Shown piece by piece: positions 1 through 12,585 of a stretch of 64,000 nt of DNA (within the stretch, counting starts at the first letter, position 1; every line of letters begins with the position of its first letter). The stretch lies in assembly GCA_030390025.1 (NCBI GenBank), contig CM059432.1, forward strand, positions 46,688,001-46,752,000. The letters are read 5' to 3'. The position numbers were made by a program, and so were the translations under genes. Source of the DNA: Squalus acanthias (Eukaryota). The notes under the pieces were generated by a model, which saw only the letters and a program-made list of their open reading frames with translations, did not search any database and was not told the DNA's origin.

Positions 1-27
1 TTGCAGCTAGTCCAGGTGAAATATATA

Positions 28-157
28 GAGGGTTAAATTGGTCTTGGGCATTAGTGCAAAATAGATGATGGCGAATCGGCAGCCCGCCAATTTTCTTTTC
101 CATTGTTGATTTACTATCGCCTATTTTGCACTACTGCCTAAGAGCAATTTCACACCC
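28..157. mobile_element. Small hairpin-like MITE (Harbinger-type termini)
   Basis: Left arm gggttaaattggtcttgggcattagtgcaaaatag is an imperfect inverted copy of ctattttgcactactgcctaagagcaatttcacaccc (121-157); a related half copy lies near 50912-51000. Confidence 0.55.
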
Positions 158-269
158 ACTGTGTCATAAACAAGCAGGGACAATTCAGGGATGAAAAGGA
201 TTGGTGTTGGCAGGTGATTGATAAATCACACCAGAACATGGGAGTTCTTCCTTGCTTTTGTATTCTATG

Positions 270-740
270 CCCCTATTTATAAAGCCAAGGCTCCCGTATT
301 CTTTTTTAACAGCCTTATCAACGTCCTGCCACCTTCAAAGAGTTGTATATGTGAACCCCGAGGTCTGTCTGTTCCTGCAACCTCTTTAAAATTGTACCAT
401 TTAGTTTATATTGCCTCTCCTCATTCTTCCTTCCAAAATGCATCACTTCACACTGCACTAAACGACACCTGCCATGTGTCTGCACAGTCTGTCTATGTCC
501 GCCTGAAGTCTGCTACTCTTCTCCTCATCGTTTACTACTTTTACAAGTTTTGTGTCATCTGCAAACTTTGAAATTATATACCCAAGTCCAGGTCATTAAT
601 ATATCAAAAAGAGCAGTGTCCCTAATTACGACCCCTGGGGGCACCATTGTATACGTTCCTCCAGGCTGAAAAATGACTGTTCACCACTACTCCCTGCATT
701 TTGTCTCTTTGGCAATTTTGTATCCAGGCTGCCACTGCCT
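270..740 (-). mobile_element. Decayed CR1 LINE RT fragment
   Basis: Minus strand reads PQGS..LLFLIYINDLDLG..SKFADDTKL, with stops and frameshifts. Confidence 0.85.
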
Positions 741-1153
741 CTATTGGACAACATTTTAAAAAACACATTGTAAAATGTATGTACAGTGCAGACTATTACG
801 AGATAATTAACAACAGTTGATTGTTATATTGATGAGCCGTGAAAATGTTATTAGCTAGGAATTAACATATTTCAGATCCAATCTGCAACTATAAAGGCAT
901 TTTACTGTCCATATTTAAATGGTTCTACTTGGACTCTTTGTTCTTATATTTCTGATAAAATGTGTTATTTTTCTGCAAATAAACACAGTTGAAAACATTA
1001 CAAACAAACAATAATCCTGCTACAGATAGTCCAGATAAAGGGTGGGAACATTCCAAAAAATAAATCATCGCTAAGAAGTATATTTTCATCTGTTCACTAA
1101 TTTTAGGGCATGAATATTAGTGATGTTTCCTGCGTAATCGTTGCATTTACTTT

Positions 1154-1888
1154 GGGGGGAAAAACTGAGTCGCGCCCCATTTGGGGCGCTAACTTCACCA
1201 GGGCGCTAAAAGTAGCGCCCCGATAAAATTAGCGCCCCCGCGGCGGAAATTCATCGGTAGCATCCCAAGAGGGAAGCGGGGCGCTACTGGAAGCGCCCCG
1301 CCTCCCTCTTGGGGCACTGCGAGGGAATGTCGTGGCGCGACGTGCAGGAGCGCCATGTGCTGCGGCACATCACGCCGTGGTACTGCAGGCCTTCCTCCCC
1401 TTCTTAAAGGGGAGGGGCCTTGTGCAGCGCGACCCGGGGCCCAGCTGGGCCACCAGGGATCAGGAGTGCCGGCAAAAGAGCCTGGCACTTCTCTGGAGCG
1501 CAGCCGATACTCTGTGAGGTGGGTGCTCAGGGGGCCAGGGACGGCAACGGAGGCAGGTGCTGGCAGGCGGCCAGCAACAAAAATGGCCTCCTGGCACCTT
1601 GCCTTTAATTAGCGCTGCCCCGGCCGCAGGTGGGCCCCCCTGACCCCGTCGGATATAACGTCCATCGGTAAGTCAGGGGGCGCTACCGAATATCGCGGCC
1701 GAGGCACGAGTAGGATGCTGCGCACGGCGATGATGTCATCGCTGGCGGTGCAGCGCTGCGGGGTGCTAACGGTTACCGCCGACGCTAACCTCCTGCTGAA
1801 TTTCGTGGGAGGCGTTGGCGGCTCCACGCCAGGGTGCTAGTTGCTTAGGGCGTTAACAGGAGGCGCAAAGCAACTGAATTTCTCCCCC
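1154..1888. mobile_element. GC-rich PIF/Harbinger-type MITE (family A)
   Basis: Termini GGGGGGAAAAA...AATTTCTCCCCC, flanked by ttt/ttt 3-bp TSD; many (ta)gcgccc subterminal repeats; related to 9934-10826. Confidence 0.8.
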
Positions 1889-2989
1889 TTTTTCTTTACC
1901 AAAAAAAGCTCTGTTGCCACTTAAAATTTTTATCCAATCTGAACTTTTTGCTCAGCATAGTTACATTATGCATGATGAGTATGAAAGACTCATACTCACA
2001 ACAATGTGAAAATAGCTGCATTGGAGTTAAATAAATGACTATATTTTTTGAAGATTTTCTGTTTTTTGGTGAGACCTAGAAATTCTCGTTATCACGGTAC
2101 CCCATCAATCTCTCTTTAACTATAATTGGCATTGGTGACAGCTGGAATATCTCATCTGCATAGATGAAATTCAGGTAAGTGTTAGGTGAATACCAACAGA
2201 GGGAAATCAGATTGAATGTCAACAAAATCCAATACAATGTCAGATAAAATGTTAATGATTTTAAAATCATTTTGTAATATTGGTATCACTCCTACCTTTG
2301 ACATCTAGTAGTTCGTAGTCAGTGAAAGTATTCTTCGTGGACAGGCAGTGCATTAAATGAAAGTTAATTTTTTGACCTTTTCTTTTCACTCATAGAGTGC
2401 AAGTTATAGAAGCTCTGATGCATTAGAGTGCACTAAGCATAACACACAACTGAGTGGCAGCTGAAAAAGACTGGGAAGAATTTTGTTTAGGTAGCTAACC
2501 AGACATTTAACAGATATATATAAGTACTGTTGTGCACTATGGGCCAATCAAGCTGTTATTACACAATATCTGTGAGAAATGGAAGGAGAATATTGAAAGT
2601 GTAAAAGTAGAATTAAAGATCAGGCTCTGCAGTGTGAGAACATGGGGAAAAAATGCTCTCCTTGAAGAAGAGTGGCAAGCCAACAATGCCAAGAAGGTGA
2701 AGCAGGTGTGATAGCCTATTACACAGGAGGTTATCATTGGCTCACATCCAAAGATCCAAGGAGACGTGGGTGTATATCCAGCAGAAAGTGTCAGATTTTT
2801 TATAAAGTGCCATAGTGAGAAATGACAATTAGCATGAACAAACATAGTCTGAGTATCAGTAACGTTCAATTAGTGAACCCATGCTACTCTGTAGACTGCA
2901 ATTATTGAATCACTATTCATAATGTCCTGCTATGCGCCGCACTGGGCTCTGCTTTAATTTCACTTTTTAAAGCAAGCATCGTTAACATT

Positions 2990-3450
2990 AAGTCCTCTCC
3001 CAACCAGCTCCTGACTATTCGATTATCGTTCCTACTTCCCATGCTTGGTGACATTGTTAATGGTTCCCTTTACTCAAGCACCATTCCAATTCCTTTCAGA
3101 ACTATCATCATCACTCCCCTCTTCAAAAGCTCACTCTTAATTGACCTGTTCTCTCCAACTACCAACCCAGGTCTAACTTCCATTTCATCTCTAACATCCT
3201 TCAATGTTGCGGAGATGCCGGTGTTGGACTGGGGTGGACAAAAGTGAGAAGTCGCACAACACCAGGTTATAGTCCAACAGCTTTATTTGAAATCACAAGC
3301 TTTCGGAGCGCTGCTCCTTCGTCCCACGAAGGAGCAGCGCTCCGAAAGCTTGTGATTTCAAATAAAGCTGTTGGACTATAACCTGGTGTTGTGCGACTTC
3401 TCACTTTTATCCTTCAATGTGTCATTGCTTCCCAGCATTGCTTCTCAGTT
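2990..3450 (+). mobile_element. Old L2 LINE, 5' segment (continues at 7766-9100)
   Basis: Translates MLGDIVNGSL...IITPLFK, an L2 pre-RT motif; the sequence resumes after the nested CR1s. Confidence 0.7.
3208..3408 (-). mobile_element. Penelope-like palindromic insert, copy 1
   Basis: ~80-bp perfect inverted arms plus a unique tail; 12-bp TSD atccttcaatgt (3196-3207 / 3409-3420); hammerhead core lacks its CUG at the palindrome centre. Confidence 0.8.
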
Positions 3451-3452
3451 GC

Positions 3453-4012
3453 CAATAGAGGAAGAGGATAATAAGTAGAGGAAGAGGATAATATACCTGA
3501 CATTCCAGGGAAACTAATAATGAATCAAGGACTGGAGCTCACTAAAGTTAATGTAAGCAAGAGAACAGTATTAGAAAAAATAATGACACTAAAGAATGAC
3601 AATCCCCAGGATCTGATGGTTTCCACCCCAGGATTTTAAGGAAGTAGGTGAGGAAATTGCAGATGCTTTAGCCATAATCTTCCAAAGCTCTCTCGATTCA
3701 GAAATTGTCCCTTTAGAAAGGTGAGAGAGAAAAAACAGGAAATTATAGACCTGTTAATCTAACATCTGTTATGGGGAAGTTATTGGAATCTATAATTAAG
3801 AGTGACTGGGCACTTACAAAAATTTGAGTTGTTTAGAGAGACCCAACATGGATTTGTAAAGAATAGATCATATCTAACAAAGCAGATGGATTTCAACACA
3901 GCTAAGTGTGATGACATCCATTTTGGAGCAAAATAGGATAAATCCGAGTATTTTTTAAATGGTGAAAAGCTAGGAACAGTGGAGATACAAAGAGATTTAG
4001 GGGTCCATGTAC
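3453..4012 (+). mobile_element. Old CR1 LINE, part 1 (part 2 at 7076-7763)
   Basis: Decayed SPGSDGFHPRIL..NYRPVNLTSVMGKLLESI..QHGF motifs. Confidence 0.8.
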
Positions 4013-7000
4013 ACATAGAAACATAGAAACATAGAAAATAGGTGCAGGAGTAGACCATTCGGTCCTTCGAGCCTGCACCGCCATTTAATGCGTTCATGGC
4101 TGAACATGCTACCTCAGTACCCCATTCCTGCTTTCTCGCCATACCCCTTGATCCCCCTAGTTGTGAGTATTATATCTAACTCCCTTTTGAATATATTTAG
4201 CGAACTGGCCTCAACAACCTTCTGTGGTAGAGAATTCCACAGGTTCACCACTCTCTGGGTGAAGAAGTTCCTCCTCAGCTCAGTCTTAAATGGCTTCCCC
4301 TTTATCCTTAGACTGTGACCCCTGATTTTAGTTTTCCCTAACATTGGAAACATTCTGCCCGCATCTAATTTGTCTAAACCAGTCAGGATTTTAAACGTCT
4401 CTATAAGATCCCCCCTCATTCTTCTGAACTCCAGAGGATACAAGTTCAGTTGATCCAGTCTTTCTTGATATGTCAGTCTGGCCTTCCCAGGAATCAATCT
4501 AGTGAACCTTCGTTGCACTCCCTCAATAGCAAGAATGTCCTTCCTCAAGTTAGGAGACCAAAACTGCACACAATACTCCAGGTGTGGCCTCACCAAGGCC
4601 CTGTACAACTGTAGCATCACCTCCCTACTCCTGTACTCAAATCCCCTTGCTATGAAGGCCATCATGCCATTTGCTTTCTTGACTGCCTGCTGCACTTGCA
4701 TTCCCACCTTCAGTGACTGATGTACCATGACGCCCAGGTCTCGTTGCACCTCCCCTTTCCCTAATCTGCCACCATTCAGGTAATAGTCTGCCTCCCTATT
4801 TTTACCACCAAAGTGGCTAACCTCACATTTATCCACATTGTACTTCATCTGCCATACATTTGCCCATTCACCCAACCTGTCCAAGTCACTCTGTAGCCTC
4901 CTAGCATCCTCCTCATTGTTCACACTGCCTCCCAATTTAGTGTCATCCGCAAATTTGGAGATATTACAATTAATCCCTTCATCCAAATCATTAATATATA
5001 ATGTAAACAGCTGGGGCCCCAGTACCGAACCCTGCGGTACCCCGCTGGTCACTGCCTGCCATTCTGAAAAGTACCCATTTACTCCTACTCTTTGTTTCCT
5101 GTGTGCCAACCAGTTCTCAATCCACATCAACACATTACCCCCAATCCCATGTGCTTTAACTTTGCACACCAATCTCTTGTGTGGGACCTTGTCGAAGGCC
5201 TTCTGAAAGTCCAAATACACCACATCTACTGGTTCCCCCCCCCCGTCCACCCTATTGGAAACATCCTCAAAAAATTCCAGAAGATTTGTCAAGCATGATT
5301 TCCCTTTCACAAATCCATGCTGACTTGGACCTATCATGTCGCCACTTTCCAAATGGTCTGTTATGACATCTTTAATAATTGATTCCATCATTTTACCCAC
5401 CACCGATGTCAGGCTGACCGGTCTATAATTCCCTGCTTTCTCCCTCCCTCCTTTTTTAAAAAGAGGGGTTACATTAGCCACCCTCCACTCCTTTGGAACT
5501 GATCCAGAGTCTAAGGAATGTTGGAAAATGATGGTCAATGCATCCACTATTTCCAAGGCCACCTCCTTAAGTACTCTGGGATGCAGACCATCAGGCCCTG
5601 GGGATTTATCAGCCTTCAGTCCCATTAATTTCCCCAACACCTTTTCCCGACTGATAAGGATTTCCCTCAGCTCCTCCCTCTTACCAGATCCTTTGATCTC
5701 TTTTATTTCCGGAAGGTTGTTTGTGTCCTCCACAGTAAACACCGAACCAAAGTACTTGTTCAATTGATCTGTCATTTCTTTGTTCCCCATTATGACTTCC
5801 CCTGTTTCTGACTGCAGGGGACCTACATTTGTTTTTACTAACCTCTTTCTTTTTACATATTTATAGAAGCTTTTGCAGTCCGTTTTACTGTTCTCCGGAA
5901 GCTTCCTTTCATATTTTATTTTCCCTGCCCTAATCAAACCCTTCGTCCTCCTCTACTGAGTTTTAAAGTTCTCCCAGTCCCCGGGTTTGTTGCTACTTCT
6001 GGCCAATTTGTATGCCACTTCCTTGCTTTTAATACTATCCCTGATTTCCCTTGTTAGCCATGGTTGAGCCACCTTCCCTTTTTTATTTTTACGCCAGACA
6101 GGGATGTACAATTTCTGTAGTTCATCCATGCGATCTCTAAATGTCTGCCATTGCCCTTCCACTGATAACCCCTTAAATATCGCTTGCCAATCTAACCTTG
6201 CCAATTCACGCCTCATACCCTCAAAGTTGCCCTTATTTAAGTTCTGGACCATGGTCTCTGAATTAACTGTTTCCTTCTCCATCCTAATGTAGAACTCCAC
6301 CATACTATGGTCACTCTTCCCCAAGGGGCCTCGCACCACAAGATTGCTGATTAGTCCTTCCTCATTTCACAACACCCAGTCCAGGATGGCCTCCCCTCTA
6401 GTTGGTTCCTCAACATATTGGTTTAGGAAACCATCCCTTAAACACTCCAGGAAATCCTCCTCCACCGTATTGCTTCCAGTTTGAGTAGCCCAATCTATAT
6501 GCATATTAAAGTCACCCATGATAACTGCTGCGCCTTTTTTGCATGCACCTCTGATTTCCTGTTTCATACCCTCCCCCACCTCACTACTACTATTTGGAGG
6601 TCTGTACACAACCCCCACTAACGTTTTCTGCCCTTTGGTGTTCTGCAGCTCAACCCATATTGATTCCACATCCTCCAAGCTAATGTCCTTCCTAGCTATT
6701 GCATTAATCTCCTTTTTAACCAGCAATGCTACCCCACCCCCTTTTCCTTTTAGTCTATCCTTCCTGAATGTTGAATACCCCTGGATATTCAGTTCCCAGC
6801 CTTGATTGTTCTGGAGCCACGTCTCTGTAATCCCAATCACATCATATCCAGTTAACATCAATTTGCACAGTCAATTCATCCACCTTATTACGGATACTCC
6901 TTGCATTAAGACACAGAGCCTTTAGGCTTGTTTTATTAACACCCTTTGTCCTTTTAGACTTATGATTTAGTATGGCCCTTTGTGTTTCTTGCCTTTGTTT

Positions 7001-7075
7001 ACTCGGATTTCCCTTATTGTTTCTCACCCTTCTAACATTTGTTTCTGACTGCATATTACTTCCCCCTGTTTCGCT
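4013..7075 (-). mobile_element. Young 5'-truncated CR1 LINE
   Basis: (TTTCTATG)n 3' microsatellite tail at 4013-4038 (plus strand catagaaa repeats); near-complete ORF2. Confidence 0.95.
4114..7075 (-). pseudogene. CR1 ORF2 (APE endonuclease + reverse transcriptase) with two nonsense codons and one frameshift
   Basis: LNARSIRNK, GITETW, VYRPP, GDFN, SDH (APE); SPGPDG, NYRPVSLTS, LDFQKAFDKV, GVPQGSVLGP, FADDTKL (RT). ORFs 4114-5937, 5953-6339 and 6367-6861 share one frame separated by single stops; frameshift near 6860. Confidence 0.93.
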
Positions 7076-7763
7076 ATCAGTAAAAGTAGTCAAGTACAGA
7101 AGATAATCAAAAAAGATTAATGAAGTATTAGCCTTTATAACTAGACGGCTAGAATATAAAGGGGAGGATGTTTTGCTACAGCCATACAAAACCCTGGTTA
7201 GACCACATCTGGCTGGAGTACTGTGTTCAGTTCTAGGTACCACACTTTAGAACAGATATATTGGCCTTAGAAGGAGTGTAGCGCAGATTCACCAGAATAT
7301 TACCAGGGCTCCAAGGGTTAAATTATAAAGAGAGATAACATAAACTAGGCTTGTAGTGCCTGAAGTATAGAAGGTTAAAGGGCAATTTGATTGGGTTTTT
7401 AGGATTTTGAAAGGAATTGATAGGGTAGATAGAGAGAAACGTTTTCCGCTGGTGGGGTAGTCTAGGACAAGGGGACATAACCTTAAAATCAGAGCCAAGC
7501 CATTCAAGAGAGAGTTTAGGGAACACTTCTTTATGCAAAGGGTAGTAAAAGTGTGGTACTCTTTCTCACATAAAACAAGAAATGCTAGCTCAATTAATAA
7601 TTTGAAATTTGAAATCGCTAGATTTTTTCTAGCCAAGGGTCTTAAGGCATATGGAGCCAAGGCGGGTGGATGCAGTTAGGATGCAGATTATCCATGATCT
7701 CGTTGAATGGCAGAACAGGCTTGAGGGGCTGAATGGCCTACTTCTGTTCATATGTTTCTATGT
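7076..7763 (+). mobile_element. Old CR1 LINE, 3' part with tail
   Basis: LVRPHL..EYCVQF, RTRGHNLKIR motifs; ends gaatggcctacttctgttcatatgtttctatgtt. Confidence 0.85.
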
Positions 7764-7765
7764 TG

Positions 7766-9100
7766 CGCCCATCTCTCCCAAAACTCCCTGTTTCAATCCC
7801 TTCAGTCTATCTTCTGCCCTCTTCACAGAAATGTGACCACTTTGACAAAGTCACAAATAGCATCCTCCATGACCCTGACCACAGTATATTATCCCTTTTC
7901 ATCCTCTTTGATCCCTCTACACCATTTGCTCTAGTTGACCATGCCATCCTCCTCTTTCGCCTTTCCTCTGCTGCCCAGCTCCTTGGAGCTCCTCTTGCCT
8001 GGTTTTATTTCTATCTGTCCCAATGCAGACAGCGTAGCTCTGCCACTAACATCTCTTCCCACCCCTGAACAGTCACCTCCAGAGTTCCCAGATGATCTAT
8101 CCTTGGCTTTCTGATCTACATGCTGCCCCTCAATGACAAAATTCATAGGTGCTTGGTTAGCTTTCATTTTTATGCTAACAACATACAGCTCTACTACTCC
8201 ACCACATCCCTCAACCACATGATCCCCCAACTCTGTGCTGTCAGCCTGCCTGACTGACATTAAATTATTGATAGCTGAAAATTTTCATCCAACTGAGCAT
8301 CGGGAAGACTCAAACCATTGGTTCCTCCTCACCATAAGTCCACTGCCTCGTCACTGATTCTATCGCACTCTCTGGCCAGTCACTCAGTCTGAATCAAGCC
8401 GACAATACCGTAGCATACTGTTCGGCCAAGAGTTGAGTTTCAAATTCCAGAACCTATCCATTAGCAAGACTTCTTATTTCCAATTCCACACAAATTGCAC
8501 CCCCCACCCCTACCTCATCTCTAATGAGGTGAGACCCTTATTTACGCTTTTTTCATTTTTTATATTCGGGCTTTCAACAACTTCCATTCCATCCTGGTTC
8601 CCTCATAAACTCCAACACATTCAGAATCAGTTGCCTATATAGTGTCCCACATTAAGTCTTGCTCACTCGTCATTCCTGTCTTTACTGATCTATCATAGCT
8701 CCCTGTCCCTAACATAGCAAATGTAAAACTTTCAGCCTCAGCTTCAATTCCCTTCACAGCCTCATCCTATCCTATTTTTTTCAACCTCCTCCAGTCTTCT
8801 ATCCCTTCCCACACTGATACTCTGGGCTTCTGCACACTTTCTCCCCACCACTGATGACAGAGCCTTTAGTTTCCTTGGCCTCGGACTCTGGAACTCCTCC
8901 CTAAACCCCTTTGCCCCTTCCTTCACTCTCCACCTCTAAAAATCTTTTTCACAAGTCCATCTTTTAAACCAAGTTGTCAGTCACTGCTCCTAACTTCCAA
9001 AATGGCTTGGCATCTGTTCCTTCTCATTTTTACCTCTGTAAAGTGTCTTAGAATGTTCTTCTGGATCAAAGCCACTATATTAACATAAGGAGTTGCCGTT
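7766..9100 (+). mobile_element. Old L2 LINE, 3' segment
   Basis: DHSILSLFILFD..VDHAILL..LAWF and FHFYAN motifs; L2-like end gccactatattaacataaggagttgccgttg. Confidence 0.8.
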
Positions 9101-9659
9101 GTCCTATAGGCCGTAAATCAAGCATAAGTAACTTTACACATTTGCCTTTAAGTGCTGTTTAATAAGCCTCCAAAAAAATCTATTGTTGGAACCTTGTGCC
9201 TTACATGCGTTAAGCCAGTTTGGTCCTTTGAAAATTTTGGAGGCATAGTTAAAAATGCACTAGTGTTCCATTAAGGTTCCATTACTGCACATCAACACAT
9301 ACTTAGTGGATACATTAGCACTAAAATACAGAGTAATTTCATTGCTCATTAGTTATGCCAACCATCATAGATTCAAACAAGAAGTATATTTTCCTTGAGT
9401 AATATTGCTAGTAAAAAAGGTTGATGTGAGTATAAAGTTTCTGTTTTATAGTAATACTAACTTTTATGCTAATATTAGTGACAGGAGAAAAATATGCCCC
9501 AAATATCAAACTAACAACAAGGAATAGTTTATTATGAAAGTTTCAACTTAGAAACAGACTGGAACTCAACCGGGCTATTTATGAATGCACTTATTATTTT
9601 CATATGAAATCAAAAATCTACTGGCACTTCTGAGGCCCTTTCCCATAATCCCATAGGGG

Positions 9660-11205
9660 TTGACTAGAAAAGGATAATGCGCCGTAACTTGCAGGAAGTG
9701 CAAACTGATAACAGCACGGCAAGGACTAAGGGACATCTGGGACCTCAGTGAATGGTGGGATCACAGCGTCTCAACTTAATGAGATTTAAGGATTGAGAAA
9801 GAAACAGGAACGACTGAGAAGGAGGATGAATTAGAGTCAAATTGGGTACAGAAAGAAAAATAGAGAGAAAGAAAGACTGGGTTAAGGAGAGATCGAGAAA
9901 ATACACAGAAAGGGAAAGTAAGAAAAAGATTTAGGGGGAGAAATTCAGTATCGCACCATTTGGGGCGCAATTATCGTCCGGGCGCAAAGATTAGCACCTG
10001 TCGCTAATTATCGCCACCGACTGCAAACTTGACTTTTATCGCCCCTGGAGGTGATTGCAGCGCTATATCAGGTGCTTCACACCTGTCTTAAGGCGCAAAG
10101 GCCGAGGAGCGAGGCGCTACCTCAGAGCGCTGGCGAAGCTCATGTAATGTCAGTCAGCAATGGAACACACACACAATGGCACGGGCCAGTTCTTAAAGGG
10201 GATGGTTAATCTTGCTTTCCATCCACATCCTGCTCATTGCAGTCTTGAATCTCGGCCTGGAGAGACCTGCACATCAAATCTGCTGGAAAGAACAATGGAG
10301 AGTACCAGGCAAAGAGCTCAGAGTGCAGCCCCCACAGTCTCTGCTAAATCGATACAAGGAATGGCAAATCAAAATGAACCTGCAAAGTGCTGCTCAGTAC
10401 CCAAAACTCCTTCACACAACGTTGAATCTCTCCAGAAGTCTCTCCCTCTCTCTCTCAGAATGCGTAGTTCAAAAATGGCACCAACAATAAAAGGCAGGAA
10501 GCGGTCACCTTTAAATAGCGCTCCCCCTTTCCCTTCATGACTGCAGAACGCTCCCCTCAACCTGTCGTTGCTAGCGTCAGGCGGTAAGGCAGGGGGCGCC
10601 ACTCAATATCCGCTCCGGGGCGATACTGGGGCGTTGCGCACTCGAGTGACGTCATGATCTGCCGGCGCAGGAGATCGTGGCGGTAGTGTTTAGCGCCGCC
10701 GCAAAATGTCTAGTTAATTTCGCGAGCGGTGCAAACGTCGCCGCGCCCAGGCGCTAGATGCTTTGCGCCCCATTAGCGCCCTCTTAAGGCGCTAACGGGA
10801 GGCGCAACCAACTGAATTTTTCCCCCTTAAAATTTGACATTTTTTACATTTCTAAGAACAACTTATCACCTGAAGGAATGAGACTCCACAGTTTAAATTG
10901 TTCAATTTCTGGGCCATAGAGATTGATTGGCATTTTATGAACAATTATCACGTCATAGAAAAGGTACTTACACTGTCAATTACCAGACTTAACTTTCTGC
11001 GCCGAGTTTAATGGGCAATTAATGTGTAAATCCAGCAAGTTTTTAAAAATAACAGGAAGGCTAAGGACAAGATGCCATTAGTTCAACCAACAAGTTCTGG
11101 AGATTTGCAACTAACGGCATATTTCTTCATCCCCTGAATTTGCTGGCAGATCTGCACATTAATAACGGCAATCGTCGTTAATACCCTGTTATTTTTCCAG
11201 CAAGA
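9660..11205. repeat. Old dispersed repeat split by the MITE at 9934-10826; homologous to 29560-30965
   Basis: Shared blocks catctgggac.t.agtgaa, gactgagaagga, ggtacagaaaga.aaata.agagagaaagaaaga.tgg and ctgaaggaatgagactccaca in both copies. Confidence 0.7.
9934..10826. mobile_element. GC-rich PIF/Harbinger-type MITE (family A)
   Basis: TIRs GGGGGAGAAATTCAGT / ACTGAATTTTTCCCCC; TSD tta/tta. Confidence 0.85.
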
Positions 11206-12404
11206 TTAAAAAATCTTTTAACATTCCCATCAGTGCAGTAAACTATACATATATATTTTGATATACAGCTGAAGAAGAAATAAAGTCATTCCTTATAACG
11301 CACTGTAGATAAGATGTAATTGCATAATTAAGCATATCAGATTTTGTGGTTTAAAAAAGATCCAATTGTTTGCTGTTAAAAGTGTTTGCACAAGGTCTAT
11401 GTATACAGAAGGTGTTGACAGTTTTATGATTTTTTTGCTTCTCTTTGAGAGAATACAATGAAGCTGCTGTTACAATAGAATTGGTAAGGAAATAAAAAGC
11501 ATTGATTTCCCTATTGATAAAGCAAACGTATGGAATGATTGGGGTTTCTTTTGTTACTTGATGCGTTGTTTGATCCTATCGGAACTATATGCACCAGCTT
11601 CAATATTGCACCTTCAGTGCCAATTAAAACAAAACTTTACAACAGGCAGAGTACACGGCAAATTTCTCCAGGGTAAGGTGGCAAATGTATAAGCAGAATT
11701 GTCACTTTCTTTAGTGCTAAATTGAGACAGCCACAGTGTGCTAATAACTCCCAAGACACTATTCTTATAAAGCTCATTTGTCTCAGGGTAGTTGAAATTA
11801 AAATTTACAGCATTGTTGGTGATAGCACAATGAAACAGTGGGACCCATAGTTCATTCCACTTTTTCAGAATTATGCTACATAAATTATTCAAATTGTTCT
11901 TTCTTGCCAGCACTGGACTATAGTCATGTGACATATTTTTAATTTCCAATCACTCAGGTCGACCATCTGTTACTCAGTTGAGATTTCACTGGTTACTCCA
12001 TTTGTGGAAATAAAACCATATTAAACAGACTGCCATTCTACGTTCTCTATTTATAGAAATACAGGTCCCATAAGACTAAATTTGAACATAGCTCGGCAGA
12101 AGTATCAGGCAGTACAGAAATAACAGACAAGCAGATTAGACTGGCAACATCTGGGCTGCAGTGCCGAAGACCCATGCACCAGAGCTAGCCATTCCCCTAA
12201 CCCAGCTGCTCCAGTCCAGTTATGGCACTGGTATCTACCTGACAATGTGGTAGAAAAACAGGAATAAAGCTTACCCAGCCAATTACTGCCATATTAACCT
12301 CCTCAATCATCAGTAAAGTGATGGAATTCCACAGTTTTTAGCTCCATTATTCCTCCAATAATAAAGTGGCCCATGCCAGCATGCAGCAGGTCCTGGATTT
12401 ACAT

Positions 12405-12585
12405 CGAATTAATTTGAGTCGACAGCACAGAAACAGGCCATTCGGCCCAACTGGTCTATGCTGGTGTTCATGCTCCACACGAGCCTCCTCCCACCCTTCT
12501 TTATCTAACCCTATAAGCATATCCTTCTATTCCTTTCTCCCTCATGTGTTTATCTAGCTTCCCCTTAAATGCATCTCTGCTATAA
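12405..12585 (-). mobile_element. CR1 3'-end fragment
   Basis: acagcacagaaacaggccattcggccc tail motif, also present at 31826. Confidence 0.7.

Noticed and set aside
1154..1888. CpG-island promoter of a host gene
   Set aside because: The GC-rich stretch is bounded exactly by TIRs and a TSD and has a relative at 9934-10826.
3241..3408. miRNA precursor or intrinsic terminator hairpin
   Set aside because: It is a multicopy perfect palindrome with TSDs, better explained as a Penelope-type insert.
4114..5937. Functional 607-aa reverse transcriptase gene
   Set aside because: It is a fragment of CR1 ORF2 downstream of nonsense codons, in a 5'-truncated copy with no promoter or ORF1.
11614..11949. 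111-aa ORF in unique sequence (also 2537-2869 and 21594-21902)
   Set aside because: No recognisable domain or convincing splice context; the length is compatible with chance.
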